Source: Octopus sinensis
Taxonomy: Eukaryota
NCBI RefSeq assembly: GCF_006345805.1
Contig: NC_043007.1
Span: forward strand, 6,200,001-6,264,000
Length of the DNA: 64,000 nt
Direction: 5' to 3'
Positions 24,787-39,263 of this stretch are shown here, in pieces. Position 1 is the stretch's first letter. Each line of letters opens with the position of its first letter. The notes beneath the pieces are model-generated. The model saw only the letters and a program-made list of their open reading frames with translations, was not told where the DNA came from and made no database searches. The translations under genes were made by a program, and so were the position numbers.

Positions 24787-25530
24787 TGAAGATGATGATA
24801 AAAACATGATCGTCGTCATCATCATCATCAACATCATCATCATCATTTTCATCACTCCATCTACTCCTACAAATACACTTACAAATACAAACTGCAACAA
24901 CTACTACTACTACTACTACAACTACTATTTCTAACACTGGTTATTGTTATTTTGATTTATATATTATGATATTGATAATAAAAGAAAACATTTTTATAAT
25001 AATGATAATTAATATTATCAATATCATCATTATTACCTTCCACATCATCATCCTCTTCATCATCATCAGCTTCCTCCTCCTCCTCCTCCCCATCATCATC
25101 ATTATTTTCATCATCCTCATTCTCTTCCATATCCCCCACCTCATCATCATCATTTTCCTCCTCCTCTTCTTCCACTTCTTTCTCTTCTTCCTCCTCCTCA
25201 TCATCATTTTCTTCCTCCACCTCCTCTTCCTCATCATTATCATTTTCCTTCTCCTCCTCTTCCTCCTCCTCCTCATCATTTTCTTTCTCCACCTTCTCTT
25301 CCTCCTCTCCCTCTCCTCCTCATCATTTTCATCCTCCTCATCCTCCTCCTCCTCATCATCATCATTTTCTTCCTCCTCTTCCTCCTCTTCCTCCTCTTCC
25401 TCCTCTTCCTCCTCCTCCTCATAATTTTCATCATCATCCTCGTTCCCTCTCCTCCTCCTCCTCCTCCTCATCATCATCATCATCGTAGTCGTCGTCGTTG
25501 TCGTCGTTGTTGTTGCTGTAGTTGTTGTTT
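23865..25530. repeat. Large compound trinucleotide low-complexity region (ATC, GTC, AAC, ATT, TTG, GAT, AAT, ACT, TCC/TCA/TCT)
   Basis: Directly visible. Interrupted by ~270 bp of non-repeat sequence at ~24285-24550. Confidence 0.95.
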
Positions 25531-26137
25531 GTTATGGCTTTTTGTGTTTTCCGAAGTTCGATACCTGAGCATTGTTGATAGTCTGTGAAATTTAAATTCT
25601 TCAAGGATTTCAGGAAATGCTTCAAGAAATAAAGACGAATGATTAGAATAGAATGATTAGTGGATGGTCTTGGGGGAAATAAGTCATCTCTGCTTTCGTT
25701 GAAATAGTGTTGCAAAAAGATATTTTAAGAAACGTGGTGGCATCAAAGTTCTTCTTTGGTCCTCTCGAGAGAAAGATTAAGAAATATCTGGCTTTTATAG
25801 AGTCTTTTAATATTGCGAGGCGTTTTTGATTCCTGCTTGTGTATATATGTAGAACAAGCAATAAATATTGGAATGCTAAAGGGCATTGTAAGCAAAGATG
25901 ATAAAGAAAAGGTCACAGTGTCTACTGAGAGCAAATTCCGCCTTTGAGATAATGAATGTTCCATATAAAATCTAAGATTTTCGTAACGTTATAAATATTA
26001 AGTGTTCACTTTTATTACGTTTTACCAAATGTACCATTTATTCGGTTAAATGGAAAAGGATACCTTTAAGAATATAAGATCATTATTACACGCAAGAGTG
26101 GCAACAACGCAAAGGCTCACATATGTATATGTACGTG

Positions 26138-26193
<56 letters not shown>

Positions 26194-26561
26194 TATGTAT
26201 GTATATATATAAAATATGAGTTAGAGATAAAACCACTATTATGCAACTCAAACAGTGATAGCCATAAATCAATACACAAATAACAAATAATATAAATATA
26301 ATTAATATAATATATAATATATATATTACTTATATTATATCTATCATTCTTTTTATACACTTTGGGAAAAAAATAATATATATATTATATATTATATTGA
26401 TTATATTTATATTACTTGTTATTTATGTATTGGTTTATGTCTATCACTGTTTGAGTTGCATAATAGTGGTTTTATCTCTAATTTATATTTAATAATTTAT
26501 ATTGTGAAATTTGAAATAATACTAAATTGAAAATTTCCCTGTAAGTTGGAGCTATACTCCC

Positions 26562-26618
<57 letters not shown>

Positions 26619-27481
26619 TTATGTTATTTCTGTTAAGAATGTAGCAGAGTATAGCATGAGACGCGTACACCTTCAAAATTAATTGTAATTATTTCAAGTA
26701 AATGTCCAACCATAGAACTTCTTGTTGACTCCAGCTTTTTCGAATATTCCTCCTGTTTGTTGTACTAAACTTTAATAACATAATTCATATACATATATAT
26801 GTGTGTGTGTGTTTGTGTGTGTACGTATGTGCGTATGTGCATGTGTGTGTCTGTGTATGTGTATGTGCATGGGTGTATAAAGCTAGATGCGATATGAGCG
26901 GACAAGTTATGCAAGCAAAAGGGTTATAAATATTAATCATGAAATACAAAAAGGAAATAATTTCGTATTCATAATGAAAATACTAATTTAATGTATGGAA
27001 TTAGGTAAAGAATTCAGTAAATATGTATTTTGATGTTAGACAGACGCATTTTCCACAACAATGTATATTTGACGTGCACCATCATCTATAAATAAAAGAA
27101 GAAAAAAAACCTATAAAGGTTCAGAAGTCAGAACTCGTGTTTGTGTTGTTATCGCATAATTGTTAACATGACGTGTGTTGCTTGTGTTAATTCTGAAAAT
27201 TTTGTAAGTAATTGTATAAAATGGTAATATTGAATATACACATAATGTATGTTTATGCATGTATGTGTGTGTGTGTGTGTGCGTGTGTGTGTGTGCGTGT
27301 GTATGTGGCGGTGTGGTTATATGCAAATGCAAAGATATAAAAATCAAATTATGTCTATTTACAATGCTGATTATGTAATGGTATTTATGTTTGTTTGCAT
27401 AAATTTGTTTACATCTGTTTACATCAACATTTCAAAATTCTAGACACTTATATACACGCACTTAATGATATATGATTTTGA

Positions 27482-27516
<35 letters not shown>

Positions 27517-27559
27517 AGATCGCCATAATAGATCGTTAGCCAGTACAAACATATTTTTC

Positions 27560-27712
27560 TCTCCTTGTTTCTCTACTTGTTTTTTCTGTGTCCCTTTCTG
27601 TAGAAGAGCGTAGGCTCGAAACGTAGAATACGTTTTCTATTCCTGAGCGTTAATACACCTGTTTGTTTTGTACACCACCTGTCTTCGTCTTTTGTGTTTT
27701 TTCGTAAACTCT

Positions 27713-27716
<4 letters not shown>
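27560..27716 (+). mobile_element. PLE-type terminal repeat fragment with degenerate hammerhead, ending at (TA)n
   Basis: TTT-CTGTAGA-A-GAGC-GTAG-GCTC-GAAAC-GT-A-GAA at 27595-27628 (core A6 changed to T), followed by TTCCTGAGCG as in the 48420 copy. Confidence 0.7.
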
Positions 27717-27760
<44 letters not shown>

Positions 27761-27928
27761 TGTCTGCGTGTTTATATATATGTGATCATATATATTTATG
27801 TTTATATATTTATACACACACATATATTTATGTACACATATATATGCATGTGTGTGTGTGTAAACATCTACATTCATATCAGTGCGATATGACAACTACT
27901 AATACTACAACTGATGCTGCTGCTGCTT

Positions 27929-27973
<45 letters not shown>

Positions 27974-28015
27974 TTGATAATAATAATAATAATAATAATA
28001 TAATAATAATCCTTC

Positions 28016-28185
28016 CTACTAGAGGCACAAGGCCTGAAAGTTTGGGGCAGGGGACTAGTCGATTACATTAACCTCACTGTATCACTGGTACTTAATTTAT
28101 TGACTCCGAAAGGAAAAAAGGAAAATTCAACTGAGGCGGAATTTGACCTCAGAACATGGAGACTGACGAAATGTCGCTAAGCATA
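28016..28185 (-). mobile_element. Family-A SINE
   Basis: CTGGTACTTAATTTATTGACTCCGAAAGG...GGCGGAATTTGACCTCAGAAC. Confidence 0.75.
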
Positions 28186-28199
28186 ACAGTAATAATAAT

Positions 28200-28375
28200 T
28201 TTTTCTACTATAGGCACGAGTCTGTAAAATTTGTGGGTAGGAGATCTCGTAGGGGGTCTCGTAGATTTATTATTCAATTTATTATTTCTCAAGGGCGGAA
28301 AGGGAAGTCAAACTCAGCTGAACTCAGAACGTAAACAAACGGAAAAAATGACGCCAAGGTCCATATCGTTCATGA
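28200..28375 (-). mobile_element. Diverged family-A SINE
   Basis: GGCACGAGTCTGTAAAATTT...GAACTCAGAACGTAAAC. Confidence 0.55.
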
Positions 28376-28379
28376 TTCT

Positions 28380-28950
28380 GTCGTCTCGTAGCAATGAGAA
28401 GGTAGACGTGACTTTCATCGAAGTTTTTGATTGGAAAGGAATCTTTCATCATGGTTTGTTTCCCGTGTTTAGGGGTAAAAATCATTAGACTTTGATGGGT
28501 GTCCGGTGGCGGTTGAGAATGACTGTGTGATGGATGAGGACTCTTGTGATATCATGCAGAAACAAACCATATTTACAGCTCTTGAAGAACACTCTTCAGT
28601 GTGAGTAAATTCTTATACTTGACATTTTAGGAATGCCTTTGTTGATTCTCGTCCCCTAACATTTCTCCCTTCTGGATTTTTCTTCTGTGAACTCCTTTCC
28701 TGTTACCAAATTGTAGTCTACTCTGAAATGTCGCTGGAGTTTTTGATCATGAAGGAGACAAATAAAATAATGCATATTATTACAACTGTGCAGCACATCT
28801 TATATTGCGTGTCTGGAAGTTTTCCAAAACTAGAGAAGTGAAAAAGAAAAAATATTACTGGTGTTTGTAAAAGGAAGCAACCAATATAGAAGAACACAGA
28901 TTTGAGTAAAAAATTATATTTGTGTTTTTACATGGAGATATTTCAAGAGA
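28380..28950 (+). mobile_element. mariner transposase remnant (pseudogenised)
   Basis: SRSNEKVDVTFIEVFDWKGIFHH corresponds to SRSN.KVMLTVFFD..G.VHH. FLLP/KL*STLKCR (1-nt frameshift) corresponds to FLFPKLK..LKGRRF. Confidence 0.7.
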
Positions 28951-29162
28951 ACGGGGAATATTGAAACACATTGGTATCAAATGTCATTATTAAGAACTTA
29001 ATTCGTGCTATTACATTCTGAAAAGACATCAAATCGAAGACAACATGTTTTTTGTCATCTCTCCAGGGGCGATAAATTAAAGTATCAAATACTAAAATCG
29101 ATGTAATCGACCAACTCTTTGCTTAATGATGTTGGCCTTGAGTTTAAAAGAGAAGCCATTAA

Positions 29163-29350
29163 TGGTGGTGGTCTGACAGTGTCGTTAGAGAGTCGGAAAA
29201 ATACAGCTTCCGGATATTTGTCCCATGTCCTTACGTTAAGAATCGAAATCCTGCCGAGACCAACTCTGCTTCTCAGCGATTCGGGGTCGTTAAGATATTG
29301 TACTAATGAAGCAGCTGGGTCAATGGCTTCGACTAATGGTGCCCCACTAG
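29163..29350 (+). mobile_element. Old diverged family-A SINE
   Basis: Aligns along its length to the 59567-59802 copy. Confidence 0.65.
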
Positions 29351-29354
29351 ATAT

Positions 29355-29575
29355 TATTCTTTTTTTTATTCTCTTACTTGTTTCAGTCATTTGACTGCAG
29401 CCATGCTGGAGCTCCGCCTTTAGTCGAGCAAATCGACCCCGAGACTTATTCTTTTTAAGCCCAGTACTTATTCCATCGGTCTCTTTTGCCGAACCGCTAA
29501 GTGACGGGGACGTAAAGACACCAGGATCGGTTGTCAAGCAATGCTAGGGGGACAAACACAGACATACAGACATAT
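29355..29575 (-). mobile_element. SINE 3' portion (tail type ...CAGTCAAATGACTGAAACAAGTAAGAG)
   Basis: CTTACTTGTTTCAGTCATTTGACTGCAGCCATGCTGGAGC...GACAAACACAGAC. Confidence 0.75.
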
Positions 29576-30217
29576 TGCTGGCTTTGTACCTAAATTAGGA
29601 ATTTCTGCCAAAATTATCAGGAAGCCCTTTAACGTTCGCCCTTCGTTGACATTTATACTAAAAAGTTGTCCCCTAAAATGCCCTTTGTTTAACGTTTACT
29701 ATTATATCGACCATTCATATTATTAGTTATAATTAGATAACAACAAGGAACAAAGAATATCCAGATGGATGATTTCGGAAATTGTCCAGTTCCTTTTGTT
29801 TACGTTTACAGTATCGTACATCAGAAATATTTCTATTGATCAACAATTTCAAATGAAAGATTGTTTACAATTCGACACAGTGATTGAATACACCTGTTGA
29901 TACACGACTGTCATAATACATATAACTAATTAATGAACTCCGATAAGTTCGCTTTCAATGTCATCAATCATGCTGCTGATTAATAAATTACGTAGTGTTT
30001 CCGGTACTTTTGAGAATAGTCTCTTCTCTTTTTCTCTCATGTATGTACGAATGTATATATGTATTTATGTTATATGTGTATGTGTAAGTGTGCATTTGTG
30101 TGTATCGCCGAAAGCCGTGGAGAAATATGTAAAATCGTATATATATACATATATGCATATATATATATATTATATATATATATAGATATATATATATGCA
30201 TATATATATATATATAT

Positions 30218-30249
<32 letters not shown>

Positions 30250-30458
30250 TATATATATATATATATATTATATAATATATATATATATATGAATGTGAGT
30301 GTATGTGTATGCATGCGCGTGTTTGTGTGTTTTCTATAGGTATATATGCTTCAATCCATACTAGTTTATTCGATGATCATCAACTATTCAGGGAATATGT
30401 ACGTATATACACGAATACACGCATATGCACATGCATTACATATATATATAAAGTTAAT

Positions 30459-30513
<55 letters not shown>

Positions 30514-31689
30514 ATATGTATATATATAAGTTTGTGTGTGTATTTAGATGAACATATTTATGTGTGCGTGTGTGTGTGTATTTATACAACACACGCACAC
30601 ACACACACACGCATACACTGAAACGGAACAATAGTTGTAATTAAGATTTTCAGTTCTATTTTGGGAAGGATGTGATATATCGCTGATAAAATGCGAATTA
30701 TTGAAATGAGCGGATATTGGCTTCTAATTCAGTCAGATATAACTCACAAATCATACACAGACGAAAATGTATAATTATAATTGTGTGTTGGTCTTTATGA
30801 ATGTGTGTTTTACAAGAGTCCATATGTATATATATTGAGAAAGAACACTTTCATTAATGAAGTATACAAACCACACGCACGTCTACCAATAACGTAAAGT
30901 GTAGTACACAAGAACTTGCTCATACGCAAACTCATAGGTTTGTAGTTTACTTCATATACGTAATAAAACACTTCGTCATACGTGCACCAGTAAAAGAAAA
31001 AAAACAATTTAAAGCCGTCATTCGTAAAGGAGTATGATATGTTAGTATGTCCCATACTTTCCTTAATCGCTTTAAGTTGAAGTTTACATAGACAAAATAT
31101 CATTGAGGATGTGATTGCTGGAGATTTGTGATAAAGTGGATCAACATGCAATGGATTACCTTGCTGAAGGGAGTAATCTACCGATCATTCGAGGAACCGA
31201 ACACACAGTCTTATGATTAGTAGATCAATACGCTGTCTACTAAGCCAAACAACTTCATTTCCATACAAGTATAGTATTATACATTCATTCGTACTGAGAC
31301 ACACTCACATTGACCGATATACGCGAACTAATACACACTTCACAATTGATACTTATAATATATTGGAATATTGACCTCCGTATAAACGCACATAGAGACA
31401 AACGCACAATCACACGGATACGTTATTGAAAAAATATTCAGAGCAGAAAGCATAGAGTCATCATAGCATCACGCAAAGCATTTACTTTCAGTACAGCAAC
31501 ATTTCTGACGTGAGACTTCCCTATCGTAACTAACAGCAATCATAATAATTTGTAACAAAGACCCAAAGACTAAAGTTGTTTCGTAAATTAAGCAATTGAA
31601 TCGAACCTAATACTTGGTTGTTAAAGACAGAAGACAGAAAGATAAAAATACTGATGGCATTGAAGACAGAACGGAGAACAACCAATCTA

Positions 31690-31925
31690 AGAATTGGTTT
31701 CAAATTTTGGTAGGTAGATGACCAGTAATATCAAGGGCAGAGGTGTAAGCCGATTACATCGACCCCGTTGCTTAACTGGTGCTTATTTTATCGACTCCAA
31801 AAGGATGAAAGGTATTCAGCATCGGCAGAATTTGTACCCAGAATGTAATGAATGTAAACTCAGAATGTAAATGCCGCTAAGCACTTTGCCCGGCCTGCTA
31901 AGGATTCTGCCAATTGGCCACCAGA
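31690..31925 (-). mobile_element. Family-A SINE
   Basis: ACTGGTGCTTATTTTATCGACTCCAAAAGGATGAAAGG...GGATTCTGCCAATT. Confidence 0.75.
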
Positions 31926-32708
31926 AGTAATATCGAAATGTTGCATGACTACTCGCCTGCCTCTCTTCAAATTCTGTCATCCAACAAGACACTCGCGATA
32001 ACCGTAGCAATAACATTCACAAGAAATGAATGACTGAATGGACCATCACTTCCTTCTTATCTGCATCATGTTCCTTAATATTCCTCCAGGCAAAATTCTT
32101 AGAAATAGCTTATAAAAAGTTCAAGTGAAAATCGGAACAAAATGGCAATAAAATATTGGTTGAATAACTACACAGACATTTTTACTTCGCTCTTTAGAAT
32201 CGTATTTCATCGATTTCAGAAAGTGTTTATCTAGTTTCAGGATATTTGTCACGAGGCGATTCCGATATTAATATTATTATTTGTTTCATTCACAAACTCT
32301 AGCAGAGATTTATACCAAAATATTATAAAGACTGCAAATAGACAATAATATCGGAAAAGAAAGTTAAAAATAACTCAACGTAAATCCCTTTCCTACACCG
32401 CAGTAATAATTGTCTCGGTTTTTACGATTCCATACGGGTTGGATGGTAATTCAATATTTTTATCCATTTTTAATACTGTAAACCAAGATGTTCGCTGCTA
32501 AGAATTAGTCATCATTATTTCACGTAGCTTTATTTTCTGGCGGACATTTGAATCTCGAATGGTTTCATTTATTTTTGTGTTGTATTTCATTTATTCATTT
32601 ATTTATTTTTGTAATCATTTAAATGCGTAAAGTTTTCGGATTCTCTAAATTCACGCATTTGATTACCATAGATAGTTCAATATACAAATAGACAGATAGA
32701 TGAAAAGC

Positions 32709-32796
<88 letters not shown>

Positions 32797-32869
32797 GAGA
32801 GATTCTGTTCTGTCCGTTTGTGTGTGTGTTTGTCCCATGAAGTAAGTAAATGGTTCAAGGTAGGCAACA

Positions 32870-33115
32870 CTAATTGTTCACAAACCTATGACGAACTGCA
32901 CTGAGGCAAATATTCTCACTGGATGTGGCAAACGTGACACCGCCTTCGTTACTCGCCTACCAGTTATGCCATCTAACGACCCATTCAAATCATTCAAATT
33001 TAAGTGCTTACGGTGTCCTATCCGAGTTTCGTTTACCATGAGCATTAATAAAAGTCAGGGTCAAACACTAAAAGTTGCTGGATTGCAACTTGAAGAGCAA
33101 ACAGTTCTTATATGA
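32870..33115 (+). mobile_element. Helitron Rep/Hel (PIF1-like helicase) C-terminal fragment
   Basis: EANILTGCGKRDTAFVTRLPVMPSNDPF..FK..CPIRVSFTMSINKSQGQTLKVAGLQL matches the Helitron helicase pattern (IPRIP..P..F.FKR.QFP.R..FAMTINKSQGQTL). Confidence 0.85.
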
Positions 33116-35719
33116 AATCCATCTTTTGTCTACTTCTATCATTACATGTTTTTCTCTTGTATAATACACACATACAAGAAATGTGTGGATGGTACATGCA
33201 CAGCTTCTAGGAGGAAACAACCACCATGCATGTATGTATGTATGTATGTATGTATGTATGTAGCAAGAAGAAAAATGAATTAATGAATCCAGGCAGATAT
33301 CTAGAAAGCACCCAACGTTAAGTAGACTTAGTTAATTACATCAAACAATCATTTCCCGATAACTTCAAATAGAGTTAATACCCAAGGCTTTGTAGAATTT
33401 CACGAAATCTGGAGTATATAACAACATGAACAAGAATGGAGAGAATCACATGTTTAATTGATGATTACACCATATATTTTTTTACGATCGTTTCGATTGT
33501 GACAATATATTTAGATACAGAAAATAAATTACAATATGCCAGTCAAATCAACATTACATAAAACATGTAAAACCAAAGTTACATAAAACAGGTTAAAGTG
33601 AACTAAAATAATATCTATAATACAAGAACGCATACAGAAAGAACGTTCAGAAGAAATATAATATTCTAAGAAAAGCCAGTTTATTATGTAAATGTATGAT
33701 GGCGTCTGTAGATGATGAAAAAAAAAAAACAAACATAGAAATTTTACGCCATGATATGTAGTTATCTAGCTATTTGTATATGCCCAAAACTTTAGAAAAG
33801 TTATGATTATCAGATTATAGGAAATCAATCATAATTAAGCTATTATTTAATATCGAGGTATTTAAATGTTTTTCTATAACTATGGGAACATTTCAACGTA
33901 ATACTGGCTCTACAATTTAATAATTGCAATTTTGAAGTAATTATTTAATACGTTTCCTCTTGACCAAGATCACATTTAAATTTACCGGTATTATATGGTG
34001 GAACGTAACTAATAATGAAACACTTTATATCTTTGTTGAACCTCTAAGTTACGTGAACGTAAACAAACCAGCCGCGACACGCACGAAGTGCATATCTAGA
34101 TCCAGCCTGCTAATCGTGACCAAGGAATTCGAAAAACTAGATGTGATGTGCTGTTTGTAATATCTGTATTTATGCATGCACGGATGTCTGTCTGTATGGA
34201 GAGGTGATGGATTGATTGATATATTTATGTACGTATATGAGTGCGTGCGTGGGTGCGTGCGTGTGTGTTTGCGTGAATATATACTCGTACATGTAAGCCT
34301 GTATGTATTTACTTGTTGAGTTTGGAGGGAGGGACTGAGTCGATAACTAAGTTAAAACCATCTGAGACCGGTATGTCTGATGCTGTTAAAGTACCATCGC
34401 ACAGAACAACCGAGCCGAAGGTCTGGTTCTATTACATGCAACAGAGTGAATGTCTTCAAAGGAACTCTTGCGCCAGATTGCGGCATTAGACCAGGCGGCG
34501 TGGTTTGCCTACCACACTGCTTGTGGCATACAGGTTTCTGCAAACATTTCTATTGTCAGATGATTTGTTAACATTGTATAAAATATTTTCAACATAGGTG
34601 TTATACAATAATGTGTAATTGATATAAAAATAACTTTAACACTATTGAATTCAATAAGTATTATTGTGTTTCTAAATACGTAATCAAGCTTCCAGCTATT
34701 ACGTCTGAAGAAAAATGAGATAAAGATATTTGTTTATAAAGAACTAAGAGCAAAATTCATTCCGTTATAGATTTCTCGACGGCATCAGATAATGAGTATT
34801 TATGTGTATGTGCATCTTTATATTAAGAATACAAAATATATTTTTAATGTATACTTACATAATTGGATTATCACTTACTTTCCCGAATTAGTTAATATAC
34901 TCAATACAAGCAGAAGAGTTTATAGATTTGGTTTCGAAGCTGAAGCTCGTTGAAATTCCCGTTCTGGACTCTCGTGTGGTTGTAAAATGTGTGTAGTATT
35001 GACAGAAAACATATTACTGAAGATTAACAAAACGTATCGGGAATCTCCTGGGACGAAAATCTAACACAACGCCATTTCTCACATCTTATCGTATATTCTG
35101 TCAAATACGATTATTACCATATCGCCCAAAACAACTTTTTTACTCTGTTCTGTCAGTTATATTAATAATTTACTCGTGCTTCCTGTCACAGCCAACTTCA
35201 GACACATTTACTCACACATACACAAACACAGACACACAATCTTTTTGCAGATGATGTTATTTTTCATCTATAATTCATCCGCATAGCAACGCCGTCGATA
35301 TAAGAACAAACGCCCATAAATAGGGATATCCAAATTTAGTCAAAGCTACGAATAAAACTTTCTTCTACCTCACCGTCTCCAGTTGAAAATTAAATTTCTC
35401 ATCTTAGGCCACCCAATACCTGATAATCGTTTATGATGACAAAATATTTAAAAGTTTGCCAAAATTTCATCCCAAACATAAAGATACCTCTTCAAGACTA
35501 CGCAATATTTTTTTATTCTGATCAGCAGTAAACCCCTTACGAGGCGCAATCTAGTTAGTGTACTAAATATATACATACACACACACACACCTGCATATAT
35601 ATATTTGATGAGTACTAATTACATATAATTGGTAACTCACTTTTTGTAAAGTCACACATTTTTGAGCATTAAAAATATAAACACTGAAAGACCATTTGGC
35701 TGATACGGCAACAACAGTG

Positions 35720-36090
35720 GTGGCGTAATGGCCCAGTGGTTAGGCCAGCGGACTCGCGGTCGGAGGATCGCGGTTTCGATTCCCAGACCGGACGTTGTGA
35801 GTGTTTATTGAGCGAAAACACCTAAAGGTCCACGATGCTCCGGCAGGGGGTGGTGGCAACCCCTGTTGTACTCTTTCGCCCCAACTTCCTCTCACTCTTT
35901 CTTCCTGTTTCTTGTCCCCGACTTCCTACGCAACCGCTGAGCCTGGATGCGCATTCATCCATCTGTCCATGCTCCCTATGTCAGCGGTTGACTTGGTTTC
36001 TCTTTTGCGGGTCTTACGAATAGCAAAGGACCACGTTTCGGACTTTTCCCACCTGGGACGACGACCGTTCGCTCAACAGCAACAGCAGCA
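35720..36090 (+). mobile_element. tRNA-derived SINE (family B relative) with (CAA/CAG) tail
   Basis: A box TGGCCCAGTGG, B box GTTTCGATTC. 5' half aligns with the reverse complement of 11600-11768. Confidence 0.8.
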
Positions 36091-37799
36091 ACAATTCGAA
36101 TCATTATTTCGCTTTTTCCTCGGCTATGTCTACGATTGCTTTCAAAGATTTCCTGCATTCACCCAAGTTTCTTTACCCATTGCGATGTTACTTTTGTTGA
36201 GCACAAGGTCAGACAAGTATTTCCTTACTCACTCTATCTATCTCTTCTATTTTAACTCCAAATGTATTTTGCTCGGAACAATCTACTTTGTCGTTATTTA
36301 AATATTCTGTTCTGATAAGCAGCGTAGAACTCTATCATAAAATCTTCAGCAAAGTCTTCCGCAATTCATTATCGTTTACGTTGTTATTCTTTTTTAGCAC
36401 AAGGTCAACCCTGATGGAGAGAAATCCGCAATCAAAGGGATCTGTACTCCATTATGTAGTACGTCTTTGCTTGTTTTATTAAATACCATACCAAATGAAT
36501 TCGGAGAGATTTGGAAGCTCTTTCTAACATGTCAATCGATCAGCATGACAATCCTTTGTTATTTTTCTGTCATCATCGCGGTCGTAAGGATGCGTAAACT
36601 AAACACTCTTTGCATCTACACCAGAAGATTCAGACCTTCCTCGCAGAACAATCTTCTCTAGATGACGCAACGAAAGAGGCTTTATATGGTCACTCCAGTT
36701 GCTGGAAATAACAAACAGATATTTCTCGGTTCACTCTATGTTGTTTTAGAAACAAATGCATTCGATAATATTGTCTTGGGTTCTTCTCCTACACGAAGGA
36801 AAATGTAGTATAAAAAAAAACTAGAATGCTATTCATCATAGGTCTGCTTGATTAACACTAGCCTGCAGCTAAACAAGAACCACAACAACAGTAACAACAA
36901 CAAACAAATAGCAACTGCAACAAGGACGAATATAACAACCTCAGAAGTCTGGAAGAGGATGCGAAGATTATAAATGGCATATATTTAGCCCACACATAAT
37001 TATCAAAAGTTCCCAAAACTTACGGTGCCCAATTACAATCTTTTATTTAACTTACAAGGAATAATATTAAACCGATCCAATCAATTATTTCTAAAACGAA
37101 ACTAAAGCAAATAGGTTCGCCACGTTGCATTAATTGCGTCATGGATTTTATATATATTTACGGTAATAATATAGACTTCTATGGCTCGTAGTACTGTCAG
37201 ATAAAGGTATAACACTAATTTTCTGAGACTTATAATTAGATTATAATTAGAAAGAAGGCAGAATCTACCGTGGTAGAATTTCAATGCAGAATACAGAGAA
37301 ACGGAATAGGCCAAGATGAACAATATATCGAACTAATACTAATCGACCTTTTAAGAAAAGAAATCTAAAACTAATTAAAGGCAAGTATATTTTTCCATTA
37401 ATTTGAAATGATTTGGAATTAAAAGAAAATGCATATCTCTTGAACATACCCGTTTATCGGTTGCGAGCAAGGTCTTTCGCTTAGCATTTTATCGTTGATG
37501 ATCTACGAGTCAAAATACATGCTTAATACTTCTGCTGAGATCACCAGGTTTTCCGTTTGCTTTGGGGACAGCAAGCAGGGCCCTCAGCTGTCGTTGACCT
37601 CTCAACTTCAATGGGTCATTTCAGTTGATTATTGAAAACATCCTATTAATATCACTTGAATGTTTTCTTTTCATGATTTTAGCAACTGATAGTGTTGGCC
37701 AGTGTTTCTCAGGGTAGGAGTGCATGACCGACAAGAATAGGATAAAAGTAAAGTGGGAAAAAACTCACAACAAAGTTTGAAATAAGACTTCTTTTGAAT

Positions 37800-37801
<2 letters not shown>

Positions 37802-37880
<79 letters not shown>
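37802..37880. repeat. (CA)n microsatellite
   Basis: Directly visible. Confidence 0.95.
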
Positions 37881-38069
37881 AACACTCAAAGACACATGCA
37901 CACATTTGTTCCTTCGGGGTGTGACGCAGTAAGAAGCGCTAGTTTAGACTTCGAGATTTACGTCCTGAAACTCGAAGCTGCGTGAAAAAGTATTAACATA
38001 AATTTAATGTTTGCAATATTTGCTGAACTAAATTTTCTTCCGTTTTATTCGCTTACGTTTGTTTCTTTT

Positions 38070-38578
38070 TCCTGACGTGTGCAAACATACAAATCTCTTC
38101 GCTCTCAGGTCCTCCAGTACTGTCAGCACAACAGCCAATCTGCCTTCTCCAGGCATTCCGAACGATCACCTTCCTCCAGGCTCTAAAACTATCAAACGCT
38201 CTCACTCCGTCCATCCCGAGTCATACTGCGCCACATCTTCCTTGTTTTTCCACTCCTTCTCTTTCCTTCTCCTGGGGTCCATTCCATCAAGATGCTAATA
38301 GGTTTTTCTTGTTGTAATCGAAGCACATGGCCGGTAAAGCGTATACGTGGCTGTGTCACCATGTCCTGCAAACTTCCGATGCCTGCTCTTCTCATCTCTT
38401 CTTTATTTCTTACTCTGTCTTGGTAAGAGATGCCCAGGATTGAACTTAGGGAGTATCGACGGAACACATCCAGCAACCGAGAGATCTTCGCTGTATTCTT
38501 CCATACTCACACGCATGGATGGCTGCTGGTATAACAATAGCTGAAGGTTTATCTTCTTACTCGGGGTTTTCCATGTTT
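38070..38578 (-). mobile_element. RTE-clade LINE 3' fragment
   Basis: LDVFRRYSLSSILGISYQDRVRNKEEMRRAGIGSL..RIRFTGHVLRL..GKRRSGKTRKMWR is a typical RTE RT C-terminus. Confidence 0.85.
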
Positions 38579-39227
38579 ATTTTACTTTCCGTTGCTCCAG
38601 TCCATGCAGCTGGCAAAAAGTAGCGGTATTTCAAATCCTTGTCACGTTCTGTGTCATTCCGGAATCTGCCAGAGAACTCCGTGAAGACTTCGCGAGTCTG
38701 TCGGGTGCTCAGCTACCTTCACGTTAATTTCATGAGCAGTCTGTTCCGTTGATCGGATCAATCAGAATATTCATCGTCGTAATCGACGAAGTGCGAGTTT
38801 ATGTGCGAAAATCAAAGACCAGTCACAGTTTCTCTGTTTTCTCTTTGAAATCCTTGCAGAAAAATCAAAATTGTAAGAAGAAAAAGAGCAAAAATAACGA
38901 CTACAATACATATGAATTTTTATGATGGTTGGAAAGTTCTAACGTTGCAGCATTTCATTTCATCAAAGTATGAGAGTTGTCGGTTCGTTTCTGGTAAATT
39001 TACTCCATTTTATTTAAGTTTAATGTAGTTTAATGTTAGTTATATGTAGTTATAGCTGTGAGTTCCAACGAAAACATATCATATTGCATCGAAAAAGAAA
39101 GGATCAAACAAAACTATATATATATATATATATATAATACTACTTTACCGCAGCACTTTTAGAACTTAGGAGTTCACTAAAAATACACATACATAAATAC
39201 AGCAAAAAGACAAAAACGTTTCATGTA

Positions 39228-39263
<36 letters not shown>

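Noticed and set aside
24947-25483. Acidic, Arg/Met-rich and Leu/Phe-rich ORFs
   Set aside because: Open in several frames purely because of trinucleotide repeats; no domain or splice support.
29085-29537. 150-aa minus-strand ORF that looks protein-like
   Set aside because: Made of two SINE copies (29163-29350 and 29355-29575) read through by chance.
34380-34571. GIRPGGVV segment resembling the RT motif GVRQG
   Set aside because: Only a few residues match, and the DNA equally resembles a decayed reverse-strand SINE.
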